DNA of 64,000 nt from positions 33,916,001 through 33,980,000 of the forward strand of contig NC_086108.1 in the NCBI RefSeq assembly GCF_963921235.1. The letters run 5' to 3'. A program made the translations under genes and the position numbers. The stretch comes from Mobula hypostoma. Lineage: Eukaryota. Positions 11,001 through 24,052 of the stretch are shown here, piece after piece; the stretch's first letter is position 1; each line of letters starts with the position of its first letter. The notes under the pieces are model-generated. The model had not been told where the DNA came from and did no database searches. It saw nothing but the letters and a program-made list of their open reading frames with translations.

Positions 11001-13049
11001 TGCCTTGGTGCCGGGTTCACAGCAGATGAACGGTCATATCCGGAACGGAGGGGTCACAGTCGGTGACCACAGAAGACATAAAAGGGTCTGCCCGATACCA
11101 CCTGTGAACATCAAAGGTCTGCCTGAATCCAATTTGCATTTCTCTCGCTCTCACTCTCTCCAATGGCACAACAGCGATTACTGTGAACTGTACTAAGCTG
11201 AACTGAACTCTGCGTCACTTAATGCTGATCATTTTACCCCTAGACTGCGATAGACCTTGGTTGATTCCTATTACCCTACTTCTGTGTACATGTGTGTTTT
11301 ATCATTGCTAACCTGTTGCATTTATAGCCTTGTGATTAGAGTACTGTATTACTTATTTCTTTAATAAAACTTTATTAGTTTCCAGTAATTCAGACTCCAA
11401 CTAGTGGTCCATTTCTGCTGGTTTGGCGACCCAGTTACGGGGTACGTAACACACCTCACTAGTCAAGTTCTTCTGTCTGTTCTGATGGAGCACTACCATG
11501 ACATTTACCACCTCTCCTCCTTTAATCCCTCCCACTCTGTCATGTTTAAAACAATGGAACCCTGGAATATTGAGCTGCCAGTCCTGCCCCTCCTACAACC
11601 AACTCTCACTAATGGCTACAGCATCATAATTTCAGGTGTTGATCTATGCCCTGAGCTCATCCACCGTTCCTACGATACTAGATTAGCTCAGGAGATTAAA
11701 TACACCACATTCAACATTTTGATTCCTGCCTTTGTCTGAGGTCTTACCAACCTCAGTCATCACAACCTCTCCACTATCTGTTCTGGCATTCTGGTTCCCA
11801 GTTCCCATCTCCCTTGCAACTCTAGTTTAACCCCCCCCCTACCCCCATGCAGCTTTAACAAACCTTCCCACTAGATATTAGTCCACCTCCAGTTCAGGCA
11901 CAAACCATCTCTTCTGTACAGGTCCCACCTTCTCTGGAAGCGAGCCCAATGATCCAAAAATTTTATGCCCTCCCTCCTACACCAACTCCTTAGCCATGTA
12001 TTAAACTGTATAATCTTCCTAGTTCCGGCCTTATTAGCATGTGACACGGGTAGCAATCCTGAGATCACAGACCTGGCTATCCTGCTCTCCGACTTGTCAC
12101 CTAACTCCTGAACTCTCTGTGCAGAACCTCATCACTCACCCTACCCATGTCATTGATATCGACATGGACCATGGCCTCTGGCTGTTCACTCTCCCATTTC
12201 AGAATGCTGAGGACTTGATCCGTGATGTCCCGGACCCTGGCACCCAGTAGGCAACATACCATCTAGGAATCTCGTTTTCGCCCACAGAGCCTCCTGTCTG
12301 TTCCCCTAAGTAACAAATCCCTTATCACTACACCACACCTCATCTCCCCCTATCTCTTCTGAGTCAGGGGCAGACTCGATGACAGAGGCCTGAGCACTGT
12401 GACTTTCCTCTGTTAGGTCATTTCCACCCCCACCCCCAACAGTACCCAAAGTGATATTACTGTTGTTAAGGGGTGTGGCCACAGGGGTTCTCTACACTGG
12501 CTGTCAACCCTTTTCCCCTTCCTGACAGTCACTGTTTCCTGTGTCCTGCACCATGGTTGTAACTATCTCTCTATAGGTCTTATCTGTCACCCCCTCAGCC
12601 TCCCGAATGATCTGGAGCTCTAGTTCCAGCTCCAATCCTTAACACAGATTTTTAGAAGCTGCAGCTGGATGTGATTCTCACAGTTGTAGTTATCAGGGAC
12701 ACTGGAGGTCTCCCTGCCTTCAAACAGGTGCATTCAACTATCCTGCCTGGCATCTCCACTGTTCCAGCTAAGCAGATACAAAGAAGGGAAGAAAAAAAAT
12801 CCTTGAGCTGTTCTTTGCTTTTTCTGACTGAAGCCTCAGCATCACCACTCTAACTCTATCCACTGCACTTTCCCCTGCCTTCCTTAATTTGCTCTTGGTA
12901 ATCAATCCCAAACATCAATTGGTCACTGGTCAGAGCTCAGTTATGCTGCAATGATCCAAAGCTACCCTTTGCTGCTCATTCTGTGGACCTGTTTCATATC
13001 CGCTCCTCTCAAACTTCTGATGTGCAGATTGGTCGCTGGTCAGAGCTCA
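8085..13049 (-). mobile_element. Near full-length degenerate CR1 LINE (5' UTR, ORF1 esterase, ORF2 EN-RT), interrupted by a solo LTR
   Basis: ORF1 ISGLLPVSHAN...WLRSWCRREG...LYRRDGL; EN VVIVGDFN; linker KVKENPKEFYRY; RT 3' LERRRLRGDL. Confidence 0.88.
10629..11451 (+). mobile_element. Solo LTR (823 bp)
   Basis: TGTGACG...CGTAACA termini; 4-bp flanks CATC/CACC (TSD with one mismatch); TATA-like GGATAAAA ~10815 and AATAAA ~11363; splits the CR1 EN region. Confidence 0.82.
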
Positions 13050-13911
13050 ATAGGCTGGGATTGTTCTCATTGGAGTGCAAGAAGCTGAGGTATCACCTTA
13101 AAAATGTTCATAAAATTATCAGAAGCATAGATAGGGTAGATAGTTAATGCCTTTCTCAGAGGAGAGGGGTGTCTAAAGGATATAGGTTAAATGCGAGACA
13201 GGAAATATCTGAAGGAGATCTGGGGGGGAAATATTTTGCACAGAGGGTGATGGGTATATGGAACATACTCTTAGAGGAGGTGATAGGTGCAGGTGTTATG
13301 TTTTGTAACTTCAAAACATTAAGCTAATTGCAAGAAAAAGATAGATGCAGGAATAAGAATCTAACTTCGTGTTTCCTTTAAACAAGGTGCTCCACATATC
13401 ACGGAGTAGCGTCATGACGTATGCAAAACTCATAGTAAATTATATAAACAACAAGGAATGCTTAATCAAACAATATATTTACAAGATTACTCAGATATTA
13501 CTTAAATATTAAATACACAACACTCCTCTCTGCTTAGCTATAAACTCTAACTCAACAGAGAATGCATCTCAGCTATATACACAGTATACTATCCACAACA
13601 TAATAAGTTTTAAATTATCCCATTCAGGCCTGATGATTTACTCACTATGGAGGATTTCTTATTCTTGTGGGATAATATCTTTCCTGACAACAGGGGTCAC
13701 TTGGCTTGGCAACTGAGACCCGTGGCTGTGAAATAGCCTCCTCCGTGGTGGAGCCAGGATCGATTCAGGGACTGCAGGAAGTGGTTCTGACTGCGGCAGC
13801 CTCCATTCCTCTCTTACAATTAACTCTGCTCTCATCAACCGATCAATGATATCAGACATAATCTCCGTGGTGTAGGGGATCCAGTTCTGTCCTTAACCTT
13901 TCTGAGTACCC

Positions 13912-16352
13912 AATAGTAACAGGGACATCAAGGAGCAGATAGGGAGACAGATTCTGGAAAGGAGTAATAATAACAGGGTTGTTCTGGTGGGAGATTTTAA
14001 TTTCCCAAATATTGATTGGCATCTCCCTAGAATGAGGGGTTTAGATGGGGTGGAGTTTGTTAGATGTGTTCAAGAAGGTTTCTTGACACAATGTGTAGAT
14101 AAGCCTACAAGAGGAGAGGCTGTACTTGATCTGGTATTGGAAAATGAACCTGGTCAGGCGTCAGATCTCTCAGTGGGAGAGCACTTTGGAGGTAGTGATC
14201 ACAATTCTATCTCCTTTACCAGAACATTGGAGAGGGATAGGAACAGACAAGTTAGGGAAACGTTTAATTGGAGTAAGGGGAAATATGAGGTTATCAGGCA
14301 GGAATTTGGAAGCATAAATTGGAAACACACGTTCTCAGGGAAACGTACGGAAGAAATGTGGCAAATGTTGAGGGGATATTTGCGTGGTGTTCTGCATAGG
14401 TACGTTCCAGTGAGACAGGGAAAGGATGGTAGGGAACAGGAACCATGATGTACAAAGGCTGTTGTAAGTCTAGTCAAGAAGAAAAGAAGAGCTTATGAAA
14501 GGTTCAAAAAACTAGGTAATGATAGAGATCTAGAAGATTATAAGGCTAGCAGGAAGGAGTTTAAGAATGAAATTAGGATAGTCAGAAGGGGCCATGAGAA
14601 GGCCTTGGCGGACAGGATTAAGGAAAACCCCAAGGCATTCCACAAGTATGTGAAGAGCAAGAGGATAAGACATGAGAGAATAGGACCAATCAATTGTGAC
14701 AGTGGAAAAGTGTGTGCAGAACCGGAGGAGATAGCAGAAGTACTTAATGAATACTTTGCTTCACTACGGAAAAGGATCTTGGTGATTGTAGGGATGACTT
14801 GCAGTGGACTGAAAAACTTGAGCAAGTATATATTAAGGAAGAAGATGCACTGGAGCTTTTGGAAAGCATCAAGTTGGATAAGTCACCGGGACCGGATGGG
14901 ATGTACCCCAGGCTACTGTGGGAAGTGAGGGAGGAGATTGCTGAGCCTCTGGCAATGATGTTTGCATCTTCAATGAGGACAGGAGAGGTTCCGGAGGATT
15001 GGAGGGTTGTGGATGTTGTTCCCTTATTCAAGAAAGGGAGTAGGGATAGCTCAGGAAATTATAGACCAGTGAGTCTTACTTCACTGGTTGATAAGCTGAT
15101 GGAGAAGATTTTGAGAGGCAGGATTTATGAACATTTGGAGCGGCATAATATGATTAGGAATAGTCAGCATGGCTTTGTGAAAGGCAGATCATGCCTTACG
15201 AGCCTGACTGATTTTTTTTGAGGATGTGACTAAACACATTGATGAATGTAGAGCCGTATATGTAGCGTATATAGATTTTAGCAAGGCATTTGATAAGGTA
15301 CCCCATGCAAGACTTACTGAGAAAGTAAGGAGGAATGGGATCCAAGGGCACATTGCTTTGTGGATCCAGAACTGGCTCGCCCACAGAAGGCAAAGAGTAG
15401 TTGTAGATGGTTCATATTCTGCATGGAGGTTGGTCACCAGTGTGCCTCAGGGATCTGTTCTGGGACCCCTACTCTGAGGAAGAGGAGGGATGGGTTAGTA
15501 AATCTGCTGATGACACAAAGGTAGGGGGCATTGTGGATAGTGTGGACGGCTGTCAGAGGTTACAGTGGGACACTGAAAGGATGCAAAACTGGGCTGAGAA
15601 GTGGCAGATGGAGTTCAACCCAGTTAAGTGTGAGGTGGTTCATTTTGGTAGGTTAAATATGATGGCAGAATATAATATTAATGGTAAGACTCTTGGCAGT
15701 GTGGAGGATCAGATGGATCTTGGAGTCCGAGTCCATAAAACACTCAAAGCTGCTACACAGGTTGACTCTGTGGTTAAGAAGGCATACGGTGCATTGGCCT
15801 TCATCAATCGTGGGATTGAGTTTAGGAGCTGAGAGGTAATGTTACAGCTATATAGGACCCTGGTCAGACCCCACTTGGAGTATTGAGCTCAATTCTGGTT
15901 GCCTCATTACAGGAAGGATGTGGAAACCATAGAAAGGGTGCAGAGGAGATTTACAAGTATTTGCCTGGATTGGGGAGCATGCCTTATGAGACTAGGTTGA
16001 GTGAACTCGGCCTTTTCTCCTTGGAGCAACAGAGCATGAAATCAGAGGCTTTTTCCCAGGGCTGAAATGGCTAGCAGGAAAGGGCATAGTTTTAAGGTGC
16101 TTGGAAGTAGGTAGAGAGGAGATGTCAGGGGAAATGCTTTACGCAGAGTGGTAAGTGCATGGAATGGGCTGCCGGCTGCGGTGGTGGAGGCGGAGACGAT
16201 AGGGTCTTTTAAGAGACTCCTGGATGGATACATGGAGCTTAGGGAAATAGAGGGCTATGGATAAGCCTAGGTAGTTCTAAGGTAAGGACATGTTCAGCAC
16301 AGCTTTATGTGCTGAAGGGCCTGTATTGTGCTGTAGGTTTTCTATGTTTCTA
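13912..16352 (+). mobile_element. 5'-truncated CR1 LINE (EN end + RT) inserted in the Gypsy integrase/3' region
   Basis: GDFNFPNIDW, KSPGPDG, NYRPVSLTS, QHGFVKGRSC, PQGSVLGP, ADDTK; TACCC at both junctions (13907-11, 16351-55). Confidence 0.92.
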
Positions 16353-18295
16353 CCCTCTTTTGATCAGCTCTGCAGTCCCTTTCCAGGTGCTTGTCCAGAA
16401 GTGAAACATCGAACCTCCTTGTTTGAGGAACCTTCAATTTTTCAGCTGCTTGTCCTGTAGACTGCTGAGATTTGGTTTGAGGAGATCCAAGCATGAGCAC
16501 AAGGGATGACCCAGGAACAGCAGAGTTGGTGAATTGTTGAATGTGGAGGGTGCTGCATTGTGATATGCAAGGAGGAAATTGGCAAGCTCCTGATTTACTG
16601 TTTTGTGTCCCAATGACATTGCTCACAGTGTGTTCTTTAGACTCTGGACAAAATTTTCCACCAATCCATTTGTAGCTGAGTAGTACAGTACAGCTGTAAT
16701 GTCATATTCCATCGATTTTTGGGAATGACTGAAACTATTCTCCCACGAGCTGTGGTCTATTGTCACTGACTAAGTGTTTGGGAATACCAGCCCTTGCGAA
16801 GAGGCTTTGCAACACGTCAACAGTGTGCAAGGCTGTAGTGGAGGCTATTGGCAACACTTCTGGCACAACACTTTGTAGCTCCACCCAGTAATACCAAGAA
16901 ATTTGGACCCATGAATGGTCAGGTAAAATCCACATGAATCCTCTGCCAGAGCAATGCAGACCATTCCCAGGGATGGAGAGGCACAGTTCTTGGCATCTTC
17001 TGGACTTGTTGTCATCCCACACAGTGCATGGCAAGCTGTGTGATTTACTGATTTATCCAAGGTCACCAGATAAAAATTCAAGCTAACACTTTCATCTGAA
17101 CCACACCTAGATAACCAGCATGTAGCCCTTCCAACACTTCAGCTCTCAGCTTGGATGGTACAACAACTCCTAATTTCCACATAAAGGCAACATCCATCAA
17201 GGACAAGTTCATCCCAGCACTGGTAAAAATGGGGAAGTGGGATTTCTGTTGTACATTCCAGCAACTTTGTGTGCCCTTGTAGACCTGAGACAGTATGGGG
17301 TCTTTTCTGGTTTCCATTTGGATCATCGCTGCTGTCATAGGGAGACTTTTGATGTGGGTTGGGGAGAATACGTCAAGAGGAGTGCCTGTTTTGTTTTTTT
17401 TTGATATTTTTTCCAAGAATAAACAGGACAATTCATCACAATTTGCATGATTAGTTGTCCTCTTGAATTCAATCTTGTAATTGTGTCCTGCAAGAAACAA
17501 AACCCAGCTCTGCATTCATGCCCTTCTGTGAACTGAAAATGGACGCCACTAGTTGATGATCAGTAACAAGGATAAACTCCCTCCCCTACAAGTACTTGCT
17601 TAAAATGTTTTACTTCACAAATCGGACTCGAGTCCTCTGTGTAACCTTTCTCTGCAGTGGTAAGGGAAACTGATGCAAAGGGTTTGGGGCGTTCACTTCC
17701 ATCACTCGCAATGTGATACGACTGCACCTTTTCCTTAGGGTGAGGCATTGCAGGTAAGCTTCACTGGGCGATGTCAATCATAATATCTGAGTACAGTGTC
17801 TGACATCACCATTTCCTTTACCTTTTTGAAAGACACCTCATACTGCTTTATCCATTGCCAATCTGTAGTCATGAGTTCAAGGGGTGGAGCACAGTTGTTG
17901 GGTTTGGCAGGAACCTGTTGTAGTAATTGACAAATCCTAATAAAGGGCTGCATCTGTGACATGTCCTTTGGCCCTGGGGCATCCACCATTGCTTGAATTT
18001 TCTCAGCACACTTGTGTAATTCTTGTGCATTAATATTGTGATCACAGTCAGTAATGCTTGTTGTGCTGTGCTCTGAGGCCATAATCTGCTAACCTTTTAA
18101 CACTGAGTGCCTGGACAATCTTGCAGCACCTGGTACATATTTTTCTGTTGGAGTGCAGGTGCAAATGTTACTTCAAAAATAAGCCTATTATTGCAGTAAA
18201 GTCCTTTGAGTGTGTATGGAGAGAAACACTTTGGACTCTTCCATTTCCATCTGTAGGTAAGCCTCAGCTAAATCCGCTTTGCTGAAGTGATCTCC

Positions 18296-20717
18296 CATAC
18301 AGAACACAAGAAGCAGGAGTAGGCCACCCAGCCCGTCAGGCCAGCTCCACCATTCAATAAGATCATGGACTCGTCTCCACCTACCTGCTTTTCCCCATAT
18401 TCCTTAATTCCCCTACTCTGCAAAAATCTATCCAACTTTGTCTTGTATATATTTACTGAGGTAGCCTTCACTGCCTCACTGGACAGAGAATTCCACAGAT
18501 TCACCACTCTCTGGGAAAAGCAGTTCCTCCTCATCTCCATCCTAATTTTACTCCCCCAAATCTTGTGGTTATATCTCCTAGTTCATCTCACCTACCAGTG
18601 GGAACAACTTCCCTATCTATCCCTTACATGATTTTTTGTTTCTATAAGATTATCTTTCATCCTTCTGAGTTCGAGTGAGTACAGTCCCAGGTGACTCAAT
18701 TTCTCCTCACAGTCTAACCCTCTCATCTCCGGAATCAACCTGGTGAACCTCCTCTGCACTGCCTCCAAAGCTAGTATATCCTTTCTCAAATAAGGAGACC
18801 AGAACTGCACGCAATGCTCCAGGTGCGGCCTAACCAGTACCCTATACAGTTGCAGCATTATCTCCCTGCTCTTAAATTCAGTCCCTCTGGTAACGAAGGC
18901 CAACTTTCCATTTGCTGCCTTGATAGCCTGCTGCACCTACAAACCAATTTTTGTGATTCATGCACAAGCACTCCCAAGTCCTTCTGCACAGCAGAATGCT
19001 GCAATTTTTTACCATTTAAGTAACCTGCTCTTCCATTTTCCCTTCCAAAGTGGATGACCTCACATTAAACAACATTGTACTTCATCTGCTTGGATACATT
19101 ACACTCGGTCCCTGTGATACACCGCTCACTGCTGATTGCCAACCAGAGAAACACCCATGTATCCCGACTCTCTGCTTTCTATTGGTTAACCAATCTTCTG
19201 TCCATCACCACCAACTCTATGCATCCTTATCTTATGGATAAGTCTTTCATGTGGCACCTTATTGAATGCCTTCTGGAAATCCAAGTAAATAACATCCATC
19301 CTTCCCCTGCCACCCCACCCCCCCCCCCCCGCCATCCACTGTGTTTGTTATATCCTCAAAGAGTTCCAGTAAGTTTGTCAAACAGGACCTGCCTTTGCTG
19401 AATACACGCTGCATCTGCACTTTGGATCCACTTCTTTCCAGATGCCTCACTATTTCTTTAATGATAACTTCAACTACAGATGTTCAACTAACTGGCCTAT
19501 AGTTAGCTAACTTTTACCTACATCCTTTTTTGAACAGTAGTGTAACATTTGCTGTCTTCCAGTCCACCAGGACCTGCCCAAAGTTCAGAGAATTTTTGTA
19601 AATTATCACCAAAGCCTCAAATATAACCTCTGCCATTTCTTTCAGTACTCTGAGATGCACTTGTCTATCTTTATTAAGGTATGTCGCACCCGGAATTTTC
19701 CGGTTAGCGGGCAATTTCCTTCCATCTGCTCTGATGTATTGGTAAATTGTGTACGAGGCAAGTTACAGCAGTGGTTTGCCATTGCTTTCCGCCGGATGAT
19801 TTTTTTTTTAAAAGAGATCACCAACTCTTAACCCAGCACAGATGGAGAGCATGCAAGGGTGCTATCTGGAATCGAACTCGGGACCTCTCGTCCCAAAGTC
19901 CAGCGCTGAAGCCCCTACACCACCAGCCGGTGTCTATCTTTAGGCCTACAGATTTGCTCAGCACTACCTCTTTAGTGATTGCTCTTGTATTGAGGTCTCT
20001 ATGTCCCAATACATCCATGTCATCTCTCTTCAGCATGTTAGATGTGTCCTCCACTGTAAAAACCAACAGAAAATAGTCATACAAAGCTTCGGCCATTTCC
20101 TCATTACCCAATATCAATTCCCCCTTGTCCTTCAAGCGGCCTATGATCAGTTTGACCACCGTTTTCCACTTTATACAATTATAGAAACCTTTACTATCTG
20201 TTTTTATATTTTGTGCTAGTTTATTTTCATAATCTATCTTCCCTTCATTGCTTGCTTAGTGGTTCTTTGTTGCTTTTTTAAAGTTTTCCCAATCTTCCAG
20301 TTTCCCACTACTCTTGTTGACTTTGTACACATGAGCTTTTAGTTTGATGCCCTCTTTTATTTCCTTAGTTATCAATGGCTGGCTCTCCCCATCCTTACTG
20401 ACCTTGCTTTTAACTGGAATATAAAGTGCCCTCTCATTCATTGTGCCTTTAAATTCTAATAATCTTTGTCTCTTATGCACTTGACTTTTCTGCACTCCAC
20501 CCTTACTTTTCTCTTTTTTTAACTTTTGCTTTTACTTTATCTTTATCCACACATTTCTTGTTTACTTCATCCATACTTCTCCAAACTGCTGAACCCACGC
20601 CCCTGCCATTTTGTGATTCGCCAGGATCCAGGACCCATCACGGTTTAGGTGGAGCTTGTCCCAATGGAACAGCTCTGTCTTTCCCCAATACTGGTGCCAG
20701 TTCCCCATGACTTTAAC
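18296..20717 (-). mobile_element. Degenerate CR1 LINE with internal deletions, inserted in the Gypsy RT
   Basis: CR1 RT motifs (GRSCLTNLLELFED, LVRPHLEHCVQFWSP); Gypsy RT is colinear on both sides (CTCC at the junctions). Confidence 0.85.
19674..19930 (-). mobile_element. tRNA(Pro-like)-derived SINE with RTE-like tail
   Basis: Perfect 12-bp TSD TGTCTATCTTTA (19662-73, 19931-42); head GGCTGGTGGTGTAGGGG...TTTGGGACGAGAGGTCCCGAGTTCGATTCC; body contains GCAATGGCAAACCACTGCTG. Confidence 0.85.
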
Positions 20718-22906
20718 CTCCAGAAAGGTTTGCAAAAGTATCCTCTATCCTTTCAGAACTGGGTTGACAGTGACCTTAAAATCACCACAGATCCCAACAG
20801 CCCAATTCTTCTTGGCTACCGGGTCCGCTGGCATTGATCATGGGCTTGACCCAGCCTTGGAAGGCATTCCTTCAGTCTCTATGCAATCTTGTTTACTGGC
20901 TACTTCATCATGGATGGTATAAGAATTGTATGGGCTTTGCCAAACTTGGGTGCAGCATTTCATTTAACACTATTTTACCCTTGATGTATTCCAGTTTTCT
21001 AATCCCATTCTCATTGCCACTGTTATGATGTGTAACTTCAGAACATTAAACTAATTGCAAGAAAAAGATGGAGCTGGGAATGCAAGCCGAACTTAATGTT
21101 TTACTTTAAGCAAGGTGTGCCATGTATCACGTGGTAGCATCGTGACATAAAACCCGTAATAAATTATAGAAACAACAAAGAATGTTTATTCAAAGATATT
21201 TTAAAAAATTACATAAATATTACTGAAGCATTAAATACACATCAGCAGGAACAATCACAACATTTAAAAATCATTTTTACAGAGACGTAGGAAGGGAACA
21301 GAGGGACGAAGAATGAAGAAAAACAAAATTAGCGTAGATCGTCTTCTCAGTTGGCATGAAAAAGTCAGGCCAAAGGGCCCCTCTCTGCGCTCTACAATTC
21401 TATGATTATTTTTGACGCAGTTGAACACTTATTCATTATGAACGGCAGCATCTGATGGAATTGAAGGGTGTGCAAGAAGCACAGATTCTCTTGTCATCTC
21501 TATATTACTGAGGAATATAATTACTCATCAAAATTCTGCCTTGATTCACCAAATGTGGCAAAAGGTTTTGACAATCTGCTTGATCGACCATTGTCCTTCT
21601 GCTGGGCCTGCAGGACATTCCATGCTGACCATTGCTTGATGAGCTTGTTTTAAAAGGTATCTTCATCATCAAAATTTTCCTATGATGGACAAGCAGGATC
21701 TCATTTCAACAGAAGGGAGTGATAGAAAGTAAACCAACCAATTTCTATTTTTTTAAGCTGAAGGAAGGATAATCAAAAATATCCTGTCCCTTGGACCAGT
21801 ATATTTGGGCTGAGTTCAGAGGCAATTAAATTAGTCAGATACACAGGCATTAGACCTGCAGTTTGTCTCTGATTTGATTCTTGTAAGCACAGAATTCAGA
21901 GGCGAGCTGAATTATGAGGCTATCACCAAAGTCACAGTCATTAATATAACCATATAACCATATAACAATTACAGCATGGAAACAGGCCATCTCGGCCCTT
22001 CTAGTCCATGCTGAACTCTTACTCTCACCTAGTCCCACCGACCTGCACTCAGTCAATAACCCTCCATTCCTTTCCTGTCCATATAAATATCCAATTTAAC
22101 TTTAAACGACAACATCGAACCTGCCTCAACCACTTCTGCTGGAAGCTCGTTCCACACAGCCACCACTCTCTGAGTAAAGAAGTTCCCCCTCATGTTACCC
22201 CTAAACTTTTGCCCTTTAACTCTCAACTCATGTCCTCTTGTTTGAATCTCCCCCACTCTCAATGGAAAAAGCCTATCCACGTCAACTCTATCTATCCCCC
22301 TCATAATTTTAAGTACCTCTGTCAAGTCCCCCCTCAACCTTCTACGCTCCAAAGAATAAAGACCTAACTTGTTCAACCTTTCTCTGTAACTTAGGAGATG
22401 AAACCCAGGCAACATTTTAGCAAATCTCCTCTGTACTCTCTCAATTTTATTGACATCTTTCCTATAATTTGGTGACCAGAACTGTACACAATACTCAAAA
22501 TTTGGCCTCACCAATGCCTTATACAATTTCAACATTGCATCCCAACTCCTATACTCAATGCTCTGATTTATAAAGGCCAGCATGCCAAAAGCTTTCTTCA
22601 CCACCCTATCCACATGAGATTCCACCTTCAGGGAACTATGCACCATTATTCCTAGATCCCTCTGTTCTACTGCATTCTTCAATGCCCTACCATTTACCAT
22701 CTATGTCCTATTTTGATTAGTCCTTCTAAAATGTAACACCTCACCTTTTTCAGCATTAAACTCCATCTGCCATCTTTCAGCCCACTCTTCTAACTGGCCT
22801 AAATCTCTCTGCAAGCTTTGAAAACCTACTTCATTACCCACAATGCCACCTATCTTAGTATCATCTGCATACTTACTAATCCAATTTACCACCCCATCAT
22901 CCAGAT

Positions 22907-24052
22907 CAGGGGTCCCCAACCTTTTTTGCGCTGCGGACCGGCCGACCCGGGGCGGGGGTTGGGGTAGGGTTGCCAATGGACAAGAGTAGCAGTCAAGAAA
23001 GACTACAATGACAATGAAGCCTTGCGCGGGCACCAGTGCGCATGCGTGACCTGCGCATGCGTGTACCTGTCGATATTATTCTCTGCAAAGCGTTTTTGGC
23101 GATTCTGTTCGGGGGCGGGTGTTCATCACGACCGGAATACTGGTAATAAGGGGCTAATACACTCAATTTCGTTTCTAAAAGGGTTTATCTAACGAATTTA
23201 ATATTAAACACACAGAGCATATTTTCCTCGCATGAATATAATGATAAGTCAATCATCAGGGGAGGACGGGGGGCTTGAAGTAAGTGTTGAAAGAACTTCC
23301 AGTAGAAGTGGTAGAGACAGGTTCGATACTATTTAAAGAAAAATTGGATAGGTATATGGACAGGAAAGGAATGGAGGGGTATGGGCTGAGTGCAGGTCGG
23401 TGGGACTAGGTGAGAGTAAGCATTCAGCGTGGACTAGAAGGGCCGAGATCGCCTATTTCCATGCTGTAATTGTTATATGGTTATATAAGTCACTTATCAG
23501 TCAACAGCATCATAACATTTTAAGTAACGTTTGGATATTAGACACAGCACATATTTTCCCCGTATGAACATATAAAATCATTGCAACACACCAGTATCGC
23601 TGAATCAGTGGGAGCCCTGGGCTTGTTTCCCTGCAACAAGACGGTCTTATCGAGGGGTGATGGGAGACAGCGATACTCGAAGGGGTTCCTTATGTCCAGT
23701 CTATTTAGTTTTCGTTACATTCATTGCAGAGATATGTTGGAAATGGAAGCAACGTTTTCAGTGCTTTCGTGACTGTCTCAGGATATTGAGTCTTGACTTT
23801 GATCCAGAATGCCGGCAGAGATGTTATGTCAGACATACTTTTCAGCCTGCCGTCACTTGCAAGCTCGAGGAGTTGATCTTCTTCCTGCGCTGACATGGAT
23901 GATGCGTGGGTAATGACCTCACGTGCATTCAAGCTCAACAGTGGGCGTGACAGGGAATGAGGAAAGGTGCAGCTGACACATATCGCCAAATCATATTGTT
24001 TCCTCGCGGCCCGGTAGCAAATGCTCTGCGGCCCGGTGGTTGGGGACCACTG
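22907..24052 (-). mobile_element. hAT-Charlie-type non-autonomous DNA transposon
   Basis: 8-bp TSD ATCCAGAT (22899-906, 24053-60); TIRs CAGGGGTCCCCAACC / CAGTGGTCCCCAACC; transposase C-terminal remnant EEDQLLELASDGRLK...FWIKVKTQYPE...ALKTLLPFPTYLC. Confidence 0.93.
23285..23487 (+). mobile_element. CR1 3'-end fragment inside the hAT
   Basis: Reverse complement of 21950-22155; TTATATGG tail. Confidence 0.88.

Larger units (their letters stand above)
13294..21244 (-). mobile_element. Ty3/Gypsy LTR retrotransposon, Mag-like, degenerate, with nested CR1s
   Basis: LTRs 13294-13522 and 21021-21244; 5-bp TSD GCAGG (13289-13293, 21245-21249); PPT at 13523-13535; PBS-like TGGCAATGAG; RT (ICGDFKVTVNPVL ~20750-20795), RH and integrase remnants at 16355-18295. 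Confidence 0.88.

Noticed and set aside
19860..19930. Functional tRNA-Pro gene
   Set aside because: Acceptor stem and D-arm are degenerate; it is the head of a TSD-flanked SINE
21420..21945. Possible host exon or ancient gag/CR1 remnant (CDFGDSL; GQHG)
   Set aside because: Motifs too short and frames closed; cannot be assigned
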